From: Macrostomum lignano
Taxonomy: Eukaryota
Assembly (NCBI GenBank): GCA_002269645.1
Contig: NIVC01000397.1
Coordinates: 124,001-188,000, forward strand
Direction of reading: 5' to 3'
Length of the DNA: 64,000 nucleotides
Below are positions 12,401-29,727 of this stretch, piece after piece (position 1 is the first letter of the stretch; each line of letters opens with the position of its first letter). The notes under the pieces are model-generated. The model was not told the DNA's origin, made no database searches, and saw only the letters and a program-made list of their open reading frames with translations. The translations under genes were made by a program, and so were the position numbers.

Positions 12401-14161
12401 CAAATCTTCCACATCTCCAAATCTCACACATTCCCAAATCTCACACATCCCTAAATATCCCACATCCCTAAATATCCTATGTCTCTAAATCTCCAACATC
12501 CCCAAATCTCCCACATCCCCAAATCTCTAACATCCCAGAATCTCCCACATCCCCAAGTCTCACCCATCCCAGAATCTCTCACATCCCCAAATCTCCCTCA
12601 TCCCAGAATCTCCCACATCCTCAAACACCCTGAATCCTACGTCTCACACATGTCATGCTATTCAGTCCAATATTCAACAATAAGCCTTCAAGCAAGGTTC
12701 TCACCTAGACGTGCCCCAATAGAATGCCCATCCCTGATTTATGCAGAAGGTAAACGCCCGCACAATTTCTTCCATTGGCGTGCCCGGATCCGGCCTACTA
12801 GCGAACACGAGGTCCACGTAGGTCATGCGAAGCCGCCGCAACGAGTCCCGCAGGCCTTCGACTATGCGTTTCCTAGAAAGTCCGCCCTCGGAAGCGGCCG
12901 CTCCGCCCCATTGGTGAATTTTGGTGCTGATTACGTAGGACGAGCGACGCCAGGGCTTCTGCTGGAGGAGGCGGCCGAGAAGCTCTTCGGCTCCACCTGA
13001 GGCGTACACCTCGGCGGTGTCGAATAGATTGATGCCGCAGGAGTAGGCTAGGGTTAGTAGGTCGTCAGCAACGGAATCTGAAATTAAATGAAAAATGGCA
13101 GTCAGACAATCAGAATGAATGGGGAGAAAAATTAATGACAGGAAAGAGTGGATTCTGGGGTAGGAATTGAGAGCTAGGCGGGAGTGGAGTGATGTGTGTA
13201 CTGGGGTAGGAATTGAGAGCCAGGCGGGAGTGGAGTGAGGTGGGTGCTGGGGTAGGAATTGAGAGCCAGGCGGGAGTGGAGTAAGGTGTGTGCTGGGGTA
13301 GGAATTGAGAGCCAGGCGGGAGTGGAGTGAGGTGGGTGCTGGGGTAGGAATTGAGAGCCAGGCGGGAGTGGAGTGAGGTGGGTGCTGGGGTAGGAATTGA
13401 GAGCCAGGCGGGAGTGGAGTAAGGTGTGTGCTGGGGTAAAGAATTGAGAGCCAGGCTGGAGTGGAGTGAGATGGGTGCTGGGGTAGGAATTGAGAGCCAG
13501 GCGGGAGTGGAGTAAGGTGTGTGCTGGGGTAGGAATTGAGAGCCAGGCGGGAGTGGAGTAAGGTGTGTGCTGGGGTAGGAATTGAGAGCCAGGCGGGAGT
13601 GGAGTAAGGTGTGTGCTGGGGTAAAGAATTGAGAGCCAGGCTGGAGTGGAGTGAGATGGGTGCTGGGGTAGGAATTGAGAGCCAGGCGGGAGTGGAGTGA
13701 GGTGAGTGCTGGGGTAGGAATCAAGAGTCAGGCGGGAGTGGAGTGAAGTGGCTGCTGGGGTAGGAAATATAGACACGGACAAGAAGGGAGTTAGGTGGGT
13801 GCCAGTACTTTACAGTTTTCATACCGGTACAAGTGTACTAACCATCGATCTGGCCAGCAAAGGTGACCCAGGTGCCAAGACCGATGCGCGAAACTCGCAG
13901 TCCAGTCCTGCCCAAGTTGTTATAGTGCAGCTTAGTATCTAGTCGGTACAGTCCCTCTGGATTCTGCTGCTGGTGTTGCTGTTTTTGTTGATAATGCCAC
14001 CTTTCTTCCGTTCTCCTTGGCGATGACGAATGAAAGTAGCTGGAAGTTGATGCCTGAGAGTAGGAGTCTTCTGCCCGGTGACGACGATCGGCGGCGGACG
14101 CGGAGCCGGCGGGTGACGACAGGTGGGGTTCTGTAGCGCGCCGCTCCTTGATTAGCTCCAT
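9442..14161 (-). CDS. KCNAB: Voltage-gated potassium channel beta subunit (aldo-keto reductase family AKR6; KCNAB/Hyperkinetic-like), 5 coding exons
   Basis: Exons 14161-13843, 13077-12705, 10872-10633, 10209-9950 and 9554-9442, with consistent GT-AG phases. Motifs [86 protein letters not shown] and LSIAWCL closely match Kv-beta. The last exon is the least certain. Confidence 0.95.
9620..9800. repeat. 21-bp minisatellite (intronic)
   Basis: Unit CCCACTCAGTCTCCCCTCATC, about 8 copies. Confidence 0.9.
10225..10520. repeat. (TGAT/TGAC)n degenerate tetranucleotide microsatellite (intronic)
   Basis: Direct reading of the sequence. Confidence 0.9.
10945..11525. mobile_element. Second copy of the 431-1455 TIR element family, in a Kv-beta intron
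   Basis: CTGGATGGGCCATTCAG...AGCTACTTTCAGTTCAGT at the left end. 11250-11520 is the reverse complement of about 470-725. Confidence 0.6.
11019..11174. mobile_element. 156-bp near-perfect palindrome (hairpin MITE)
   Basis: Arms of about 63 bp (GCGCAACCTAGGGATTCACCCGGCCGTTTCTATTGGCAACACACACATGTAAGTCGCTATTGG) with 2 mismatches. The loop contains GTCACGTGAC. Confidence 0.8.
12040..12640. repeat. Degenerate 14-16-bp minisatellite (intronic)
   Basis: Unit approximately CCCAAATCTCCCACAT. Confidence 0.9.
13150..13760. repeat. 46-bp G-rich minisatellite (Kv-beta intron 1)
   Basis: Unit GCTGGGGTAGGAATTGAGAGCCAGGCGGGAGTGGAGTGAGGTGGGT. Confidence 0.95.
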
Positions 14162-14235
14162 GCCGGATGTACGACGACTCTGAACAAAAAAGTTTGTTGA
14201 CACAATTGAGCAACTTCAACTAGAACCAGACGCAG

Positions 14236-14740
14236 GTGAAGCGCGGCGTGAGGTGGGTGTCGGGAAGGGTAGGAAATCAGACACGAGTACAGCGCGGCGT
14301 GAGGTGGGTGTCGGGAAGGGTAGGAAATCAGACACGAGTACAGCGCGGCGTGAGGTGGGTGTCGGGAAGGGTAGGAAATCAGACACGAGTACAGCGCGGC
14401 GTGAGGTGGGTGTCGGAAGGGTAGGAAATCAGACACGAGTACAGCGCGGCGTGAGGTGGGTGTCGGGAAGGGTAGGAAATCAGACACGAGTACAGCGCGG
14501 CGTGAGGTGGGTGTCGGGAAGGGTAGGAAATCAGACACGAGTACAGCGCGGCGTGAGGTGGGTGTCATGAAGGGTAGAAAATCAGACGTGAGTACAGCGC
14601 GGCGTGAGGTGGGTGTCGGGAAGGGTAGGAAATCAGACACGAGTACAGCGCGGCGTGAGGTGGGTGTCGGGAAGGGTAGGAAATCAGACGCGAGTACAGC
14701 GCGGCGTGAGGTGGGTGTCGGGAACGGTAGGAAAGCATAA
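14236..14740. repeat. 51-bp minisatellite, about 10 copies, upstream of the Kv-beta first coding exon
   Basis: Unit CAGCGCGGCGTGAGGTGGGTGTCGGGAAGGGTAGGAAATCAGACACGAGTA. Confidence 0.95.
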
Positions 14741-15559
14741 CAATTCATGAGGCAGTTTTCAGATTCAAAGTAAATGTCACTAAAAAAACTCACCAGTTAA
14801 CTGAAGGCCTTTTATGATGTCATTTTTCCTCGTATTGAAGCTCTGAATCTCATTGCCTATGACGCTAGGTTGGAGAATTGTAGCGACCGTTAATATCCTC
14901 TTACGGGGATAGCTTCCAAAAAACAGGATTGACGCTGGTTGGATGGCTCTGAAATATCTGGCCTACTAGCTACATGGACTTCTACAGAGTTCTAGGCATC
15001 TGGGAAACAGGGAATAACAATTGATCTAGTTTGCAATCCAGATCGAGTGACGGTTTTAGTAATCCATGGCTTATGGGTGGCTTATAGAGCGCTATATTTG
15101 CATTGGGTCGGCTTGATTCCTCTGGGCTTTTTGGGGGGAGAGCAAACAGGAGTGAGATAGATCGAGAGGATGAGAGAGAGATGAAATCTTTATGGCCCGC
15201 CAAGCCATGTGCAGCAACTTGTATATATGAATGCTAATTCTTGAACTGAACCGCATTGCAATGCAATACGTGCGCCAATACATACTTAATGCGCGCCTGG
15301 AGGGAGATCTGAGAGCTGCCTGATGGCGATGCCGGCACACAACATGATAGCCTATAGGGCAATAGGGATAAGTATAGAGTATAGAGGAACCCAGTTCACT
15401 TAGCTATCTATAGCCATATTTTAACACTGTGGCCCACACTAAAATTAATTTGATTGAAGAAAATTCTCGACGTGATGAGCTTAAATCTCAATAATAATTA
15501 TTACGATGGATTAAGCGCTACTATGGTGGCAGCTGAATACTGCACAGACAAGCGCATCA

Positions 15560-15660
15560 ACACTGTACGCGGGCACGAACTCGCACACACGCTCACACTG
15601 GGTGTACAGCAGCGGTCCTGACTTTCTAATCGTCAGGCATGTGCACTCGGTGAATCGCAT
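15560..15660 (-). mobile_element. Degraded fragment of the SINE family
   Basis: CACACGCTCACACTGGGTGTACAGCAGCGGTCCTGACTTT...GGCATGTGCACT resembles 19120-19185 and 25205-25260. Confidence 0.45.
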
Positions 15661-16145
15661 GACACCCCTGGCCAATTTTCAATGCAAAAGCCTGAAATGA
15701 GTTTGGCGAGTTAGTTGTTGCAGAATCTGGCAATACATCGAGAAATGGATGAAAATAGAATTTACCATAATTGTTCAAAGGTTTCAGAACGCTCACCAAT
15801 TGCGTTAGTATAGCTGCGATTCGGGGGGTTGCGGGTCGGAGCCCCCTAAATGTAAAGCGAGACTTCTTTACTGATGGTATTTCAGTGTCCAGCTCTTATG
15901 CATTGCTCAGCTTAGTGCCTCTTGACCTCTTGATTGCTTTGCTAGCTACTATGAATTCATACGATAATATGAATTAAGCTGGTGACCCAAAAACTCAACC
16001 CTTTTGGGGCGAATATTTAAGCATTTCTTAGAAGTAGAAATTCGTAAGATTTGTTTCTAAAAATAATTGCGTATCGAGTGCGCACGATACGCAAAACTCT
16101 GTTAGCGGATTTTCCGCGGAATTTCCGTCAGCTATAAAGTATAAC

Positions 16146-16989
16146 CAGGCGCGTCGCCACCGGGGGGGGACAGGGGGGACATGTCCCCTCCAGTAAAAGC
16201 TATGGGGTGACATGCCAATGCTTTGTCCCCCACACCCCACCTTGTGACCCGTTGTGGTAATCAATAATTTTTATTCAGGGCGCCAAATATAACGCCTTCG
16301 GCGCCAAAAGGAGTGCCTGCGGCGCCAAAAAGAGTGCCTGCGGCGCCAAAATGAGTGCCTGCGGCTCTAAAATGAGTGCCCATGACGCCAAAGGAGTGCC
16401 TGCGGCGCCAAAATGAGTGCCCGTGGCGCCAAAATGAGTGCCTGCGGCGCCAAAAGGAGTGCCTACGGCGCCAAAATGAGTGCCTGAGGCGCCAAAAGGA
16501 GTGCCTGCGGCGCCAAAAAGAGTGCCTGCGGCGCCAAAATGAGTGCCTGCGGCGACAAAATGAGTGCCTGCGGCTCTAAAATGAGTGCCTGCGGCGCCAA
16601 AATGAGTGCCTGAGGCGCTAAAATGAGTGCCTGTGGCGCCAAAATGAGTGCCTGCGGCTCTAAAATGAGTGCCTGCGGCGCCAAAATGAGTGCCTGAGGC
16701 GCTAAAATGAGTGCCTGTGGCGCCAAAATGAGTGCCTGCGGCTCTAAAATGAGTGCCCGTGGCGCCAAAGGAGTGCCTGCGGCGCCAAAAGGAGTGCCTA
16801 CGGCGCCAAAATGAGTGCCTGCGGCGCCAAAAGGAGCGCCTGTGGCGCCAAAAGGAGCGCTGACAACGTGCACGATTCTCAAAATATGAAAATTCCTAAT
16901 GAAAATGTGGAATTTACTTATGTACATGTACATGTTGAATTCTTGGCTTTGTTCTCCCCCCCTCCATAAAATCCATGGCGACGCCCCTG
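16146..16989. mobile_element. Non-autonomous hAT-like element carrying an internal 20-21-bp minisatellite
   Basis: TIRs CAGGCGCGTCGCCA and TGGCGACGCCCCTG. Flanks AGTATAAC (16138-16145) and GGTATAAC (16990-16997) form an 8-bp TSD with one mismatch. Internal array GCGGCGCCAAAATGAGTGCCT at about 16285-16860. Confidence 0.8.
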
Positions 16990-17819
16990 GGTATAACTTT
17001 TGATTGTAAATTATTTTATACTTGCCGTTAAAGCGAAAAAATCGGATTTTTTGCATAACAACTACTTGTAAGTAGAGTACGAGTATTTGTCATATTATTT
17101 AAGAAGTCGAGCATTCAATTTAAGATACGGCCAACCAAATTCAAGCCTCACGCTATAACACTTGTCTAGTTGAATTAAGACTTTAAACTCAGAGCCATTA
17201 TAAATAAAAATTGTGCATTTTGTGATGCACATGGCTAACAAGTCTGCAACTGTCACTGCAACTGTGCCTTAGACAGTGTTTTAACCATAGACAATAGTAG
17301 AGACATTCTTGAATGTGATTGGAGGCGTCTTCAGTTGAAAAAAGTTGCCTCTAAATTGAGTAAACTTCTTACAAAATACGTCTTGCCTATACAGTACAAC
17401 GCTGCATTCTATTACTCAGAATGCATTTTGAGGACTCCTGCGAAAGCCGCAGCTGCAGACAGCCTGTGGTCGATTATTTATTGCTCTGGATAGCAAGAAA
17501 ATCTGTTGGGGGTGTGGTAGAGATACGCTTGAAATTTTTCTTGTGTTTTTTTCTCGGAATTATTGCAGTGAAAGAATGCCACCTTCCCATGGTTAGTTCA
17601 TACCCGCCTCAATACGATTATTTATAACATAATAGTCGTAGAAAAATGCTTTCTACGGAATTAAATAATATTTTAGCTCCTGGTCGGTTAGGAAAGAATT
17701 TAAATCGATATTATTTGATTTTACTCTCCATATTTTGTGTGGCGTTTCACGTTTGACGGTAAGTTTGATGCATGGGAGCCCGACGTTTGAATACCGACAA
17801 TTTATGCTGGTGTTTAGTT

Positions 17820-18905
17820 TGGGGTTAGGTTTTTAGGTTAGGGTCATGGTTTTTAGGTTAGGGTTATGGTTTTTAGGTTAGGTTTATGGTTTTTAGGTTA
17901 GGGTTATGGTTTTTAGGTTAGGGTTATGGTTTTTAGGTTAGGGTTATGGTTTTTAGGTTAGGGTTATGGTTTTTAGGTTAGGGTTATGGTTTTTAGGTTA
18001 GGGTCATGGTTTTTAGATTAGGGTTATGGTTTTTAGGTTAGGGTTATGGTTTTTAGGTTAGGGTTATGGTTTTTAGGTTAGGGTTATGGTTTTTAGGTTA
18101 GGGTTATGGTTTTTAGTTTAGGGTTTATGGTTTTTAGGTTAGGGTAATGGTTTTTAGGTTAGGGTCATGGTTTTTAGGTTAGGGTTATGGTTTTTAGGTT
18201 AGGGTTATGGTTTTTAGGTTAGGGTTATGGTTTTTAGGTTAGGGTTATGGTTTTTAGGTTAGGGTTATGGTTTTTAGGTTAGGGTTATGGTTTTTAGTTT
18301 AGGGTTTATGGTTTTTAGGTTAGGGTTATGGTTTTTAGGTTAGGGTTATGGTTTTTAGGTTAGGATTATGGTTTTTAGTTTAGGGTTATGGTTTTCAGGT
18401 TAGACTTATGGTTCTTAGTTTAGGGTTATGGTTTTTAGGTTAGGGTAATGGTTTTTAGGTTAGGGTTATGGTTCTTAGGTTACGGATATGGTTTTTAGGT
18501 TAGGGTTATGGTTCTTGGGTTAGGGTTATGGTTTTTAGTTTAGGATTATGGTTTTTAGGTTAGGGTAATGGTTTTTAGGTTAGGGTTATGATTTTCAGAT
18601 TAGGGTTATGGTTCTTGGGTTAGGGTTATGGTTTTTAGGTTAGGGTTGTGTTTTTAGGTTAGGGAATGGTTTTTAGGTTAAGGTCCTAGTTTTTAGGTTA
18701 GTGTTATGGTTTTAGATCATAGGGTCAGATTTTTTAGGTAAGGATTAAGGTTTTTTAGGTTAGGGTTAGGATTTTTAGTTAATAATTGTGATTAAATTTT
18801 TACGTTAAATTTATCGCTTTTAAGTTAGATCTGTGGCTTTTAGAATACGTTTATCGTTTTCAGGTTAGGGTTAGTGCTTTAGGTTAAGATTATTTTTCAG
18901 TTTTA
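17820..18905. repeat. Telomere-like 20-bp satellite containing TTAGGG (interstitial)
   Basis: Unit TTAGGGTTATGGTTTTTAGG, homogeneous on the left and decaying toward 18900. Confidence 0.9.
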
Positions 18906-18984
18906 GCTTTAGGTACTTTTTAGGTTTTGGTTAGTTTTTTAATTTTGTATTTACTTTTGACCATAGACTGCAGTCTGCTATACA

Positions 18985-19342
18985 AACCTAGAGGCAGGGC
19001 GCTGTGTGCACATTGGCGCACTTTAGGCGATTTTGTGTCACACAACCGGCGGGAGGCATTACTGAGCAGGCACAAGCACACAAGCGCGCGGATACATACG
19101 CAGTCATACGCACAGGCACACTCTCACACAGGAGTGTACAGCGGCCCTAACTTTATTTATCCTTCGGCAAAATGTACACTTCACTGTGCCTTGGGGGTTG
19201 GCCTTCAAGGCCGTTGATTGCACGAGCAGAGCCAAGCCGAGATTCCAATTTAGCTCCAAATTAATGCGACTGCACTTGGAATCGAGCCTGGGCCGCTGGC
19301 ACATCAGAACGCCGCGCCAGACCGCTAGGCTACGCGGCCCCC
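18985..19342 (-). mobile_element. tRNA-derived SINE, near full length
   Basis: Minus-strand head GCGTAGCCTAGCGG (A-box) and GGCTCGATTCC (B-box). The body is colinear with 58881-59247. Confidence 0.8.
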
Positions 19343-19761
19343 TGACGGATAGATATATCTGCTCCAAATATACAATTAATGCCCAAATTCTCACTCTGAC
19401 TGTTTCGCAGACCCCTTTTGTGCCATAGACAATGAATAATGAATAGACATATTCGTAGCTGGATTCTTCATAAAAAAGATTAAACTGCTTGGAAGTTCTA
19501 CAATATAAGGACTAAGTACTGGTATACTCGTATACATAGACTAGAGGACTTTTGATGAAGTTGTCGAATTTGAGCCATGAAAGCCAGCTATAAATGGACA
19601 AGAGAGTATTACTATTAGCTGATAATGAAACGAGAATTTATCGACTTTTTAGACGCTTAATTATTGACAGCCGAGCTGAAAACCTGCTTAGCTTATTTGA
19701 TGAAGCAGCCAATGAAATAAACGTTGTCTACATTTATTATGCTTTCCCAGAAGCTGCCGCA

Positions 19762-26875
<7,114 letters not shown>

Positions 26876-28569
26876 CTGAAAATTATACCATAAATATATT
26901 TGGTATTGAAATTCGCCATTCCGTTGATCCTTGGTAATGACATGGCAAGAAAGCCTTGACCTTAAATAAAATATTTGATGGCTGCATATGCATTTTTTTG
27001 TTCAATCGCAGTTCCTTTTAAAATATAATTTAGGACAGCTATTTATGCCTGGATTAATAGTTATTCAGTGTTTCCTCTCCAAATTCGATTTTCGAGTCGA
27101 ATAAGCAAAAATAATAAAATCTTGTTAGTGATGGGTTCGGCCTTTTTAAGCCTATAGCTTCGGGCCTCAGAACTCAAAAATGAATCACTTAAAGCTCTGG
27201 CCTCTCACTCCTGTCAGATGGTCAGCCCCATGGTAGCTAGATTGTGGGCGAGCAGCAAGGTCCTATAGCTAAGAGAAGACTGCGAGAGACAAGCAGGGAG
27301 AATTTGAAAGGTAGAGATTAGCTAATCCGCAGATTAACTAACCCGCTGCCACCAGTCCGTGTGCCCCGGCTCACCAAACCGGAGCTATCGAAATCGGACT
27401 TCCGACTAGAGGGGCACTGCACTTACCTGCCACCTAGTGTCTTTTAGCTGTCTAAATCTCGAAGTCATAGCCGAATAGAAGGGACGCTGCTGGGACTAAG
27501 ATCGCATTGGCCATGCAGGGACAGAGAGGACTTTTGCAGGGGGTTCTTGCGCTGGCGAGCCTCTATCTAAATATACGAAATCTCTAAGGTTTGTATGCTT
27601 GAATGTCCATAACGTTACACTACTAAAAGTACTATTTCATTACCAAATTCCCAGAAGTACATGTACAAATACACGTAACTGCACACTTTTGGCACTAAAT
27701 GTGTTAACACATCGACAGATAGCGTTGATGTAGGTGTATTGCCGCCTTTGGAGATCTTTAGACTAACATTTAACTCGTTTTAGCCGCTTAGCTGCCTGAG
27801 ACTGCGCGAAAGCACCAGTCTGGCACTTAATTTGCATGCTTATCGCGATTTCCGAGATCGACTGATTGACTGAGAACTGTGCCGCTTCCGGTACACTGTG
27901 ACCTCTGCCTCTAGATCTAGCCGCTCATCTCAGCTGGCATTGCGAAGAAAGAAAGAAAACACTAAGTCTTTAACTTCTAGAATTAACTTTCTTACTTAAT
28001 CCGCAATCCTAAACACCTTAGATTGAGTCAGAGCAAATGGCTACTTTGAATATTAACTGACACTTCTGCCTCAAGTTTGACACACAAAAAGCAAGTAAGC
28101 AAAAGTGCAAATCCTATCAGACTACCTAGGAAGGGGTCAGACAAAGGGTGCACCCAGTTAAGCAGGTCAAGAAAGCCTCTCACCAAACCAATCAGAGGAC
28201 CTAACTGCCGGTAGCCAAGGGATCCACAGAGACCGAAGCGCTCAGATGGGATGCTGCTGCTGATCTTAGCTGACGAGTGCCGCCGGTACTCTTCACTTGC
28301 CGATTGTCGTTGCTGCTCTTAGATCACTGCCGGGAGATACTGCGATGATGCTTCTCAGGGGGAACTTAGCTGTTGAAGCCGAAACTACCGGGGGAAGGGG
28401 GACCAGACGTCGAAGACGCAGCAGATGCCGAAGGGGCCGTCTAAGACGGGGTTAGGACCGTGCAAGAAGGGAGGTCCAAGCAGGCCAAGAGACCTTTTCG
28501 AGCGCGGGTCGAGTTGCCGCCTTTAGTAGCTTTCTCGCGGCCGATTTGTTATAACGCACGCCGAATGTT

Positions 28570-28653
28570 CTGATTGGCTGAGAGCTTTTGTTAAAATAGG
28601 CGCCGACTTTTCTGATTGGTCGAGCCGAGGGCAGTCCGGTCGACTCTGATTGG
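28570..28653 (-). promoter_or_regulatory. Three co-oriented CCAAT boxes followed on the minus strand by a TATA-like TTATAAC
   Basis: CTGATTGG at 28570-28577, 28612-28619 and 28646-28653. The target transcript is not identified. Confidence 0.45.
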
Positions 28654-29727
28654 CTGAGCTCAAGACCCCAAAACCCACCCCGCTAGGTGGCCTTCAGACC
28701 CCAGGGGAGTTGACAGGTGCAGTCATAAATCATGAGCAAAGCGCAATAAAAGTCCCTTGTCTAGACATCCTGGCGACAAAAGTGACAGCAAAACGCCCAT
28801 AAATCAAAGGAGAAAGTAACAGAGCGATGGGGGAGAGAGCTGGAAGACTTCTTAGACCCAGACAGGCTGGAGCCAAAAGTGACAGCTAGACCGCCATAAA
28901 TCACTGAGAACAGTGAAAAAGCCACAAATCTGGGGGTCAGAATGGGGTTGAAAACATTCCTCCCAGACTTAGTGTCGCCTGTCTAGATTGTTAGAGGTCA
29001 ATCCGTCTCAAACCCAGACAGTCTGACCTTCAAAGATGCGTAAACAATCCAAAATTAGAATCCTAAGAGAAGAGAAGTACATTGAGTACCTAAGATAATT
29101 TTCTGATAATTAAGATAATTAATAGTAATGTCATAAATTAGTATAGAACTTAGCCTAGGTGAGAGAACGGAGAGAAATTCCCAAGCTAGCCTACTGACAG
29201 TAGGGGAAAAGCGCATCGAAGCAAAATGTGCGGTTCTAAGATTGAAAAAAGGTGCGTCCTCATCATTAGTTTGTACTTGTACGTTTTAATCAATGATTAA
29301 ATAGTTCTCGGTTAGAATTATCGCGGTTTATTCGAATTTTTTTAACTTTAGGAGAAATTAATATTTTTGCCATTAAACCACTAAGCAAATTCTGAAGTAT
29401 TTGACTACTTGAACGCAGTTCTATTTCAAATAGTGATTGTTTTTTGTTATTATGTTGCTATCGTCAGTGTTCGCTTGCAACAAAATTTAAGTTGGAGCTT
29501 TTCTACAAAAGTTAAAACTTAGTAAAGTCTATTTGCATAAGTGCTTTACTTAACGCGGATTAAGCAGGCTTAAGCTTATGGCCTTTGCCATTATTTGAAC
29601 GCTCCTGTGCATCTGACTCAAGTATATATTAACTCAAGTAGTTTTAATTGAGTTAAGCAATATTTGGGTTTAGGTTCATTAGAGTTTGCTACGCTTACAT
29701 TTTGTGCTCAATTTTAGGGAACTAACC

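Noticed and set aside
7983-16860. CRISPR-like appearance of regular repeat arrays
   Set aside because: Units are head-to-tail with no unique spacers, there are no cas genes, and the context is eukaryotic.
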